From NCBI GenBank assembly GCA_003144275.1, contig NJBF01000001.1:90001-122000 (forward strand): a stretch of DNA of 32,000 nt. The letters are read 5' to 3'. Source of the stretch: Candidatus Heimdallarchaeota archaeon B3_Heim. GTDB lineage: Archaea; Asgardarchaeota; Heimdallarchaeia; Hodarchaeales; Hodarchaeaceae. A program made the position numbers and the translations under genes. The notes beneath the pieces are model-generated. The model had not been told where the DNA came from. It did no database searches and was given only the letters and a program-made list of their open reading frames with translations. Each line of letters begins with the position of its first letter. Within the stretch, counting starts at the first letter, position 1. Below are positions 1-7,860 of the stretch, in pieces.

Positions 1-9
1 AGCAATAAG

Positions 10-576
10 GTGAATAAAATGGGAGATCCTAGAAAATTAAGAAAAAAACTTGAAGGTCCTCGCCATCCATTCAATAAAACACGTATTGAAGAAGAAATGC
101 AGTATATGGGGCGGTTTGGGCTCAGAAATAAAAAAGAAATTTGGAAGGCTCAAACAATTCTTCGCAAATATAGATCAAGAGCTCGTGCATCTCTTGCTTT
201 ACCAGAGTCCCAAAGAGAAACAGAAAGAAATAATCTAGTTAAGAAATTATTTCGTATGGGAATTATGGCAAACGAAGAGGGATTGACTGATGATGTTCTT
301 TCTCTGAATGTAGAACAATTTTTAAAACGAAGATTACAATCTATTGTTCACGAACTCGGTTTAGCGAATACTCCTTGGCAAGCTCGACAAATGATTTGCC
401 ATGGACACATTGCACTTGAAGGCCGAAAAGTTACTGCTCCTAGTTATCATGTGAAACGTGGTGAGGAAGAATCAATAACTTTTTCTCCAAGTTCTCCCTA
501 TAATGATTCTGCACATCCAGCTTTGAGTGTACCCGCTTCAAGAGCTGTTAGACCTCCCCCCTCGGAGGAAAATTAA
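10..576 (+). CDS. rps4: 30S ribosomal protein S4 (uS4), archaeal type
   Basis: GTG start. MGDPRKLRKK..P.HP, G.FGLRNKKEIW and S4 motif RRLQSIV...GLA.T..QARQ.I.HGHI; followed by S11. Confidence 0.97.
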   Translation: MNKMGDPRKLRKKLEGPRHPFNKTRIEEEMQYMGRFGLRNKKEIWKAQTILRKYRSRARASLALPESQRETERNNLVKKLFRMGIMANEEGLTDDVLSLNVEQFLKRRLQSIVHELGLANTPWQARQMICHGHIALEGRKVTAPSYHVKRGEEESITFSPSSPYNDSAHPALSVPASRAVRPPPSEEN

Positions 577-604
577 TCATTTTTGAACAAGTTGGTTATT
601 AAAT

Positions 605-1006
605 ATGTCTAAAGCAAATAAAAATCCTTCTACTGGAGTTGCTCATATCTTAAGCTCTTATAATAATACAATAATAACTTTGACTGATATGACTGGCGCT
701 GAAACCATTGCTAAATCTTCTGGCGGACAAGTTGTTCGTGCAGATCGCAACCAATCATCTCCTTATGCCGCAATGAAAGTTGGACATGAAATAGCTAGAG
801 CTGCTAAAGAAAAAGGGATAAGGAAAATTGTGGTCAAAGTTAGAGCCCCTGGAGGTTCTGGTGCACGAAATCCTGGCCCAGGTGCTCAAGCAGCTATACG
901 AGCCATTGCACGTTCCGGATTGCAAATCACACGAATTGAAGAAGTAACACCCATCCCTCACGATAGTACAAGACAACGTGGTGGAAGACGTGGACGTCGT
1001 GTATAA
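605..1006 (+). CDS. rps11: 30S ribosomal protein S11 (uS11)
   Basis: [48 protein letters not shown]-terminal GGRRGRRV. Confidence 0.98.
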   Translation: MSKANKNPSTGVAHILSSYNNTIITLTDMTGAETIAKSSGGQVVRADRNQSSPYAAMKVGHEIARAAKEKGIRKIVVKVRAPGGSGARNPGPGAQAAIRAIARSGLQITRIEEVTPIPHDSTRQRGGRRGRRV

Positions 1007-1098
1007 GGTAAGAAAAAGCTGTTAGGTATTTTTTCTCCAAGTCTGTTAGGAAATTGAGCTGAAGATTTTTCTCCTCAGGAATTCTTTCAACTCGGAAC

Positions 1099-2073
1099 TC
1101 AAACTTTCTTCCAAGATGAGGGATAAGTTTCTTTTTCCATAAAAACAGCAATGGGTTTCGCACATATCCCATTTTTTAAATCCGCAATTTTTTTGCTTGT
1201 CAATATACTTCTTCCAAAAGCTACTAGTTCTCCTTTCATTGTAAGGATCGCCAGTAAAGAATTCTTATCAATATTTCTTGTGAACTGAATTATACCAGGA
1301 AGAGTTAGCTGGGCACCGTGACAAATTGCATCAACGGCTGAATCCCGTATGAATATTTTAGGTAAATGAACACAAATCGCTTCTATGGGTTGAATTATTT
1401 CACGAATTAGACTTTCATCGTCATTTTCATTATAATAATACCACGCATCAGTCAAATCTTGTAAAGTTCTACTCATATTTTCAGTAAATGGTCCTGTATG
1501 AGTACGTCTTAATTCATGCATATGTGCCCCAGTGCCTAGAATTAACCCAATATCATGACAAAGCTTACGAATATAAGTCCCTGCTTCACATTTAATTCTC
1601 AGTAAGGAATATTGAGATTCAAGATGTTCAACAAGCTCGAGTGAATAGATCTTTCTTACGCGTAATTGCCTTTTAACATTACTTCTAAGTGGAGGAGTTT
1701 GATAAATTTTCCCTCGAAATATTTCAAGTACTTTTTCTACCTCATTCTGTGTTCTAGGTTCATGAAGTTTCATAATGCAAATGTACTGCTTACCTGCAGG
1801 TAGTAATACTTGAAGTGATCGAGTTGCGCGACCAAGGGCGATAGGTAAGCATCCTGTGACGGCAGGATCAAGTGTACCACCATGACCGGCCCTTTTAATC
1901 CCTAGGATATGTTTTACCCACGCTGTAACTTCATGAGAGGTGGGATTCGCAGGTTTATCAAGATTTATTATCCCTAGTTTTAGAAGTTCTGCAATACTCC
2001 GTTTTTCTGGAGACAGACCATAATCAGGACTTGTATGGTAATTTGCAACCTTTACAAAAAAAGGGGAAGTCAT
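1099..2073 (-). CDS. cbf5: H/ACA RNP pseudouridine synthase Cbf5 (TruB family) with PUA domain
   Basis: GIINLDKP..PTSHEV, GHGGTLDP (catalytic Asp), YQTPPLRS, CEAGTYIRKLCHDIG, ELRRT, C-terminal PUA (AVDAICHGA). Confidence 0.97.
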   Translation of the reverse strand: MTSPFFVKVANYHTSPDYGLSPEKRSIAELLKLGIINLDKPANPTSHEVTAWVKHILGIKRAGHGGTLDPAVTGCLPIALGRATRSLQVLLPAGKQYICIMKLHEPRTQNEVEKVLEIFRGKIYQTPPLRSNVKRQLRVRKIYSLELVEHLESQYSLLRIKCEAGTYIRKLCHDIGLILGTGAHMHELRRTHTGPFTENMSRTLQDLTDAWYYYNENDDESLIREIIQPIEAICVHLPKIFIRDSAVDAICHGAQLTLPGIIQFTRNIDKNSLLAILTMKGELVAFGRSILTSKKIADLKNGICAKPIAVFMEKETYPSSWKKV

Positions 2074-2103
2074 AAAAAGACCCCAAATATGGAAAAAGAA
2101 GAT

Positions 2104-2382
2104 TCAGACAGTAATCTGTATAGGTTCTTTAATCGTTTCAAGGAGATCCGCTTTTTCAAGCGCTTTTTGTATTGCATCATCTTTTGCTCCCCGTTTGATA
2201 CTAATAATTGTATCTAAGGGACGAATGTGCTTTATATTACAGCGACGTCGTTTAACAGCGGATACACCACCACCGGAAATCAAAACAAAGTTTTGATCAA
2301 CTAAATCAACGATCACTGCTTTCATTAGCGCCTCGCGTCCGGCGGTCTTTACAATAACTCTACCAACTTCAATCGCAGCCAT
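2104..2382 (-). CDS. rpl14e: 50S ribosomal protein L14e (eL14)
   Basis: IEVGRV.VK.AGREA...VIVD..D.NFVLI.G...VKRRRCNIKH; directly upstream of cbf5 as in many archaea. Confidence 0.93.
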   Translation of the reverse strand: MAAIEVGRVIVKTAGREALMKAVIVDLVDQNFVLISGGGVSAVKRRRCNIKHIRPLDTIISIKRGAKDDAIQKALEKADLLETIKEPIQITV

Positions 2383-2922
2383 CTATATTCATTCCTCTAG
2401 TTAGAATACGCATCTTTTGAGATATAAGCAGAAAATGTACACAAATCTTTGCATGAACGGATGGGTGCCTTAAATTCTGCCTAAATTCAAGTATGGCCTT
2501 TTTTAAGTATAATTCATATAACTTTCTAACTGACAAAATAGCTAAATCAAATTAGAAGTGTCGAAATAAGCCCCTGAGATTGATAAATAGATCTTATAAG
2601 GGAAGAGTATTAATTCCCCTATTAATTCATCGGATCAGTTAAAAACACCTTAATTTTACTATCTTACAAAAAATAAATATTAACTCAAGCCCAAAAATAG
2701 CTATCTGTAAATTATTCTTAGAATAGGAGGAAGTTATTCAAAAATTCTTTGATATTTCCTTATCTCGTGAGTATCTATTCTCTTTTAGTGTTTTAAGATC
2801 GTCTCCAGATGATTCAGTCTATCTCTATTTACCATTTTCATGAATGATTATTTATTAAGAATGGATGAAACAGTCATAACTGAAGATTAGAATCACTCCT
2901 TTGTTATGGTTCGGGTTTAAAA

Positions 2923-3027
2923 GCTGCTGTGGCTTAGTTGGTAGAGCGACAGACTCGTAAGATTCATAGAAGATCATGATAACTCCGAGATATCTGTTGG
3001 CCGTGGGTTCAAGTCCCACCAGCAGCT
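2923..3027 (+). tRNA. tRNA-Thr(CGU) with a 32-nt intron (2960-2991) at canonical position 37/38; CCA not encoded
   Basis: Acceptor GCTGCTG/CAGCAGC, D arm GCTT/GAGC, anticodon stem ACAGA/TCTGT, anticodon CGT 2956-2958, T arm GTGGG-TTCAAGT-CCCAC. Intron forms a strict BHB: CTCG pairs with CGAG, with bulges TAA and ATA. Confidence 0.96.
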
Positions 3028-3045
3028 CTAATTCGCTATACATCT

Positions 3046-3903
3046 TTAAGAATTCTGATCTAACCATTTCATCTTAAAGAAGTCTGTAAAAGTGTAGATA
3101 GGAAAATCCGTGTAATGATCGATGATCTCAGTGATTTGTACTAGGGTATTCTTTTGATAATTTCTTACTATCTCTTTCTGATTCTCTGTTTTGACTAATG
3201 ACTCTAATTTCTGAAAATAATCATTGGTTCGTGTCTTCCATTCCCCCCTAGATCGTCTATCGATCCGATAGATGATCGGTGTTTCGATTTCCTCGATAAT
3301 AATACCATTCTGATGAACATAATGCCAAAATACTAAAGGAAAGGAATAGCCAGCGTGATCCATTTTTGAAGGAAGACTTCGGACTCTATATCCTTTTAAC
3401 CCACAAAAAGCATCAGTTATCTGAATATCAAATATTTCGTTTATTGTTCTAGTGAGAAACATATTCGTAACATATCTATCTACAGGAACTTTAGTATTAT
3501 CTTTCCAGAACCTGTACGTCAAATACCTACTTGTTGAAATTAGATCAAGTTCTGAATTTGTTGCCAATTTGTCAATTATCTCTTTAATGGTGAAAGGAGC
3601 ATGCTGTAAATCAGCATCGAATGTAATTAACACATCATACCCTTTCTTTGCTTCCTTAAACAAAGTGAGGATTGTGTTTCCATATCCTAGTGGCCCTCGC
3701 TCATGGCGAACGGTTTTTAGTCGATAGCTCAATGAAAGCTCTTCGTATATTTCACGGGATTGATCTGTACTTCCATCATCAGCGATAAGAACATCTACCT
3801 CGTAATTTTGACACTCTGAATGTAAAAACTTATAGAGAGAGACTAAACATTCATGGAGATATGCCTGTTCATTGTGCAGTGGAATGCCGATTAGAATTTT
3901 TAT
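3046..3903 (-). CDS. GT2-family glycosyltransferase (DPM1-like); reading frame extends 57 codons upstream of the ORF-track start
   Basis: Open frame continues upstream of 3732 as IKILIGIPLHNE...VDVLIADDGSTD (GT2 N-terminal motifs), then TFDADLQH (DxD), D...GLKGYR. No ATG/GTG/TTG in frame upstream; ATA at 3903-3901 follows GGAGGA. The start position is uncertain. Confidence 0.85.
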   Translation of the reverse strand: MKILIGIPLHNEQAYLHECLVSLYKFLHSECQNYEVDVLIADDGSTDQSREIYEELSLSYRLKTVRHERGPLGYGNTILTLFKEAKKGYDVLITFDADLQHAPFTIKEIIDKLATNSELDLISTSRYLTYRFWKDNTKVPVDRYVTNMFLTRTINEIFDIQITDAFCGLKGYRVRSLPSKMDHAGYSFPLVFWHYVHQNGIIIEEIETPIIYRIDRRSRGEWKTRTNDYFQKLESLVKTENQKEIVRNYQKNTLVQITEIIDHYTDFPIYTFTDFFKMKWLDQNS

Positions 3904-4329
3904 GTGGAATCCTCCGACATAAGGAAAGGTAATAAGGGGTGATATAGTGTCAATATAGAAAGACTAGGAGTTAGCTTATCAATCATTTTGATAAGTATAA
4001 AAAAACACATTCATAAAATCTATCTAATGAAGTGGAAAAAATTCTGGTAAAGGATTTTTTTTCTTTGTGAAAGATGTCTATAGGACTAAACTTGTTAAAC
4101 TGTTACAAATGGTTAATAGTAGGTTAATAAGGTCATTATAATCAATATAAAGCCGTTTATTTATTAGTAAAGTAAAGAATCTTAGAAATAGATTTTATTT
4201 GGAATGATCCTGTCGATAATAAGTTCATTTCAAACTGAAGTTTTCTGAAATCCTTTTAAAACTTCTATTTCTCGGGTAGAATAGAGTGTTCTAAGAACAT
4301 GGTGACAAATACGTCAATCAGATAGGAGA

Positions 4330-4770
4330 ATGGCAGATATATTGACTGAGTTTGATCCTGAACTTCAAGAGATTTTGAAAAGGAAGGCTTCATCTTTAAA
4401 AAAAGACGCATCTTTCTTCAATGAAGTGAATCAAAATGGAGTCACTCACGTTGACGATTCAAATATTGATAAGATTATTCAATCCTCTCCTCTACCTGTC
4501 TTAGTAGATTTTTCTGCTGATGCATGGTGCAGACCTTGTCAGGTAATGGCTCCAGTGTACGAAGAATTAAGCCACGAATATGCAAAAAAGGTTGTATTTC
4601 TTAAAATTAACACTGATCACAACCAACAAGCATCTGGTAGATATCGAATTTTTTCTGTACCTACTTTTATCATGTTTAAATCAGGTGAGCGAGTAGCGCA
4701 ACGAGCTGGCGCAGCTCCAAAAGCTAAATTTAAAACATGGATTGAGGAGATTTTATCAAGCAGTGCCTAA
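4330..4770 (+). CDS. trxA: Thioredoxin with N-terminal helical extension
   Basis: LVDFSADAWCRPCQ active site, SVPTF cis-Pro motif, GGAGA SD before ATG. Confidence 0.93.
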   Translation: MADILTEFDPELQEILKRKASSLKKDASFFNEVNQNGVTHVDDSNIDKIIQSSPLPVLVDFSADAWCRPCQVMAPVYEELSHEYAKKVVFLKINTDHNQQASGRYRIFSVPTFIMFKSGERVAQRAGAAPKAKFKTWIEEILSSSA

Positions 4771-4816
4771 TAATTTGAAATAGCATATAATGAAATACCA
4801 AGTAGTGTGAAGTATT

Positions 4817-4885
4817 TTGAGAGAAAAATGGAAGAAAAAACGGCTGAGAAAAAGAAAACGTAAAGAACGAAGAAGGAAAGGATAA
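4817..4885 (+). CDS. rpl41e: Ribosomal protein eL41 (eS32), 22 aa, not in ORF track
   Basis: TTG start gives MREKWKKKRLRKRKRKERRRKG, matching the MRxKWxKKRxRxxKRK signature of eL41; GTGA SD-like motif 6 nt upstream. Confidence 0.88.
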   Translation: MREKWKKKRLRKRKRKERRRKG

Positions 4886-4986
4886 TCCCTCGTCTATTTT
4901 TCTGCAAGATATATGTCCCTAGTGATGATAAGACCTAAATCTTGCCACGATTACTTCTTTTGAACCATAAGGTGTGTTCACAAAAA

Positions 4987-6174
4987 ATGATCATTGGTGT
5001 GATAGGATCAAGGGGAACAGTACCGACTGCAAATAATGCCACGACGTCATTTTTGGTTGACAATAAATTTTTATTTGAATGTCCTTCAGAAATCGTTCAG
5101 TCTTTCCATAGGTTCCAGAAGAATTGGCTAAAAGTAATTGAAACTACAAAAAGCAGTGAACTTGAGGCTCTAGGTAGGCCAACTTTCGGTAAGATCTCAC
5201 ATATTATCCTTTCTCATCTTCATTTTGATCATTGGGGGGGACTCCCTCACATTTTACATCGCATTATGCTACTAGAAAGAGAAAAACGAGAAACTGAGCC
5301 ATTAAATCTTGTAATACCTAAAGGTTCCACAATTCCTTTACAACAACGCATGAAACAGGCATTCTCGCTTGATGACTCAAGTTTTCCACTCCTAGATGAT
5401 GAATTTCTATATAGGTTCCTTGCTATAGAAGTAGGATCTATTATAACTAAAGTTTTGAAGATTAAAGTGATTGAGGTTGGAGAAATAATTACTCCAGAAT
5501 CAGGATACACTCTTAGCTGTGAACATAATTTTCATCTTCCACAAGGATCTGTTGCTTATAAAATTTCTTTTAACAAAGTGAAACTTGATGTGAAAAAAGC
5601 TCAACAATTAGGAATACCCTTCAATTCAACTCTCAGACAAATTGAGGAAAGTAACTACCCTATACAAATTGAAGGAAACTCCATCAAACGATCAGATATT
5701 TTTCGGGATATAAAGGTTATTCTTGGATATTCCGGAGATACTGCACTTAATCCTAAAATTCTTGATTTTTTTTCCGATTGTAACGTGATCATTCATGAAA
5801 CGACTTATTTAGATTATGATGATAGTTATCATCTTGACCTACACACTGACCTTCAATCATTAGTTGAGGCATTAGTAGACTTCAAAGATTTATTTCTCCT
5901 TTTACCCATTCATTTTTCAATCCGTCATACTTCTAAGGAAATTAAACAAGCAATAGATCGAATTAAGAAGAAAAACTTCATGATTAGTAATACGATGACC
6001 ACATTTATTATTCATGTGGATAATGAATCGATTGTTGCCTTACATGATCATTTTTGTCCGACAAGGCAATATTTCTCGTATTCGCTGACCTCTCTCTCTT
6101 ACAATCTTAAAAAGCCTCTCTCTCTTACTTCTTCAACCATCCTGTCCAGAACTATTTGCCAAATAGTTGTCTGA
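4987..6174 (+). CDS. rnz: Ribonuclease Z-like metallo-beta-lactamase; last 43 aa derive from a repeat element
   Basis: IGSRGTVPT (PxKxRN-loop equivalent), HLHFDH, flexible-arm-like KLDVKKAQQLGIP, YSGDT, HETTY, HT, HFSIRH. ATG 4987 with AAGGTG SD is preferred over TTG 4942. Confidence 0.8.
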   Translation: MIIGVIGSRGTVPTANNATTSFLVDNKFLFECPSEIVQSFHRFQKNWLKVIETTKSSELEALGRPTFGKISHIILSHLHFDHWGGLPHILHRIMLLEREKRETEPLNLVIPKGSTIPLQQRMKQAFSLDDSSFPLLDDEFLYRFLAIEVGSIITKVLKIKVIEVGEIITPESGYTLSCEHNFHLPQGSVAYKISFNKVKLDVKKAQQLGIPFNSTLRQIEESNYPIQIEGNSIKRSDIFRDIKVILGYSGDTALNPKILDFFSDCNVIIHETTYLDYDDSYHLDLHTDLQSLVEALVDFKDLFLLLPIHFSIRHTSKEIKQAIDRIKKKNFMISNTMTTFIIHVDNESIVALHDHFCPTRQYFSYSLTSLSYNLKKPLSLTSSTILSRTICQIVV

Positions 6175-6188
6175 CAAATTTAGTCATG
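6043..6188. mobile_element. Putative MITE/non-autonomous element, copy A (146 bp)
   Basis: Imperfect 22-bp terminal inverted repeats CATGATCATTTTTGTCCGACAA / TTGTCTGACAAATTTAGTCATG. Shares both ends and the subterminal block CATCCTGTCCAGAA with 9870-10231; internal 14-bp direct repeat CCTCTCTCTCTTAC at 6089 and 6115. Confidence 0.65.
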
Positions 6189-6199
6189 AAAAATCGAGT

Positions 6200-7006
6200 T
6201 CATGAAATACTTTCAAACCAAAGAGGTAAATTTGAATAACCAGCTTCTTTTGCAATTTTCCTTAAGAGTTTTACAGTTCCTGACCCATATTGAAGTGCTT
6301 TTTTAGGTTGATTGGAAATTTTTGCCGATAGTCCAAGATTTTCAGCCAAATTCCTAAGAAGAGCTTTTCGTATTGGTTGATCTTTATTTCCTATAATATG
6401 TTTCCTTATTGGTATAGATTGCGCAAATTTAATCACGGTGGGGGAAAGAAAAGGATATACTAAAGTTATTCCAATGTATTTTGCAATCTGTTTCTCCATT
6501 ATCATCTGATCAGTGACAAGTGAAAGTAAATCATTATGCATCATTTTACTTACTTCTGCTTCCTTAGACTCTCTGTACAGCTCAGCGTACTTCTTGTATC
6601 CTCCAAAAAGTTCATCTGCTCCCTGCCCTAGAAAAACAACTCTGACATTCTTCTGAGATAAAAACTTCATACCCACAAATAAGGGAATCGCAATAGCTAG
6701 CTTCCCTACATCAGAAACCACATTCATCTTAAAAATTCTTTCAATTGCCGAATTAACTAAAGAAGAGTCTAACAAACAGACATTAAGTTCAAATCCTAAT
6801 TCTCGACCCCCATTCAAGGCATTCTGGACATCATGGCTTTCTTTAACTCCAACTGTGACTGGTTTTATTCTATTTATACCTATTTCTTCAATTAGAATCT
6901 TTATTATAATTGAGGAGTCGATTCCCCCGCTGTAAAGGATACCTACCTCTTCAATACTAAGATTTTGATGAATAAAATCACTTAGATAGTCTTTTAATTG
7001 ATTCAA
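6200..7006 (-). CDS. Asparagine-synthase C-terminal (PP-loop) domain protein lacking the glutaminase domain
   Basis: LYSGGIDSS, GQGADELFGGY, PFL, K..LR..A...GL, K.A.QYGSG. Confidence 0.85.
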   Translation of the reverse strand: MNQLKDYLSDFIHQNLSIEEVGILYSGGIDSSIIIKILIEEIGINRIKPVTVGVKESHDVQNALNGGRELGFELNVCLLDSSLVNSAIERIFKMNVVSDVGKLAIAIPLFVGMKFLSQKNVRVVFLGQGADELFGGYKKYAELYRESKEAEVSKMMHNDLLSLVTDQMIMEKQIAKYIGITLVYPFLSPTVIKFAQSIPIRKHIIGNKDQPIRKALLRNLAENLGLSAKISNQPKKALQYGSGTVKLLRKIAKEAGYSNLPLWFESIS

Positions 7007-7149
7007 GATAATTCTCCACCAGGGTCACTGACAACAAATAGTTTTTTGATGGTTTCCAATGTAAAAAATGAACAACCCTCATTATATATCTATGACGCAA
7101 AAAATTTATCACTTACTAAAAATTCTAAGAGATTCGATTATTAGATACT

Positions 7150-7845
7150 GTGGATAAGTGTGAATATCACGTGTCGAATTCCATCCCCAAAAAAGGTTTA
7201 CGAAAGAAATATGAGGCTGTTTTCGCCCCATTTGGTAAGTTCTTAGCGAACACTTGGATAACTCCAAACATGATTTCCATCTTGAGTGTTGGAGTTAGTA
7301 TTTGTAGTTGTATTGCGTATTCTTTGGGACCTTTGATAGGAGCAAGCTTAGGATTGTTAGTTGGTACTTTTATGCTTGGTGTTTCTTCATTATTAGATAT
7401 GATGGATGGAAGTCTAGCAAGAGCTAAGGGGATTGCCGGCCACTTTGGGGCATTATTAGATCGGACTTTAGATAGACTTTCAGAATTTTTCTTTTTGTTG
7501 GGTATTATGATTGGAGGATATGTTACCCCAGAATTGGTATTTTTTTGCTTTGAAGGAATGATCCTTGCAAGCTATGTGCGTTCGACTGCAGAACTTCGTG
7601 GTGGCTTAAATATGGATTCTACCAAAGGTATCTTTGAAAGAAAAGAGAAATTAACACTTTTAGCCATTGGCTGCCTTTTAGAGATTCTAATCATCGAAAA
7701 TATCTTCTCAGGTCTCTGGTCTTTCACCAATTTTGGCATTCTTTCAATTATTGTCTTGATAATTGGTATTGCCTCGAATATTTCGGCATTTCAGCGTCTC
7801 CTCTATGCCCGAGATTATCATGCTACTCTCGATATAAGTAAGTGA
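7150..7845 (+). CDS. CDP-alcohol phosphatidyltransferase (archaetidylinositol-phosphate synthase/PgsA-like)
   Basis: ITPNMIS and signature D..DG..AR......FG..LD...DR.SE; hydrophobic helices; SYVRS.AE, ER.E. Confidence 0.92.
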   Translation: MDKCEYHVSNSIPKKGLRKKYEAVFAPFGKFLANTWITPNMISILSVGVSICSCIAYSLGPLIGASLGLLVGTFMLGVSSLLDMMDGSLARAKGIAGHFGALLDRTLDRLSEFFFLLGIMIGGYVTPELVFFCFEGMILASYVRSTAELRGGLNMDSTKGIFERKEKLTLLAIGCLLEILIIENIFSGLWSFTNFGILSIIVLIIGIASNISAFQRLLYARDYHATLDISK

Positions 7846-7860
7846 AATCTCGAAACTAGG

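Noticed and set aside
2855-3067. 70-aa minus-strand ORF
   Set aside because: Antisense shadow of tRNA-Thr.
7021-7050. Partial similarity (reverse complement AACTATTTGTTGTCAG) to the element's right end
   Set aside because: Too short and lacks the palindrome, conserved block and opposite end; likely chance.
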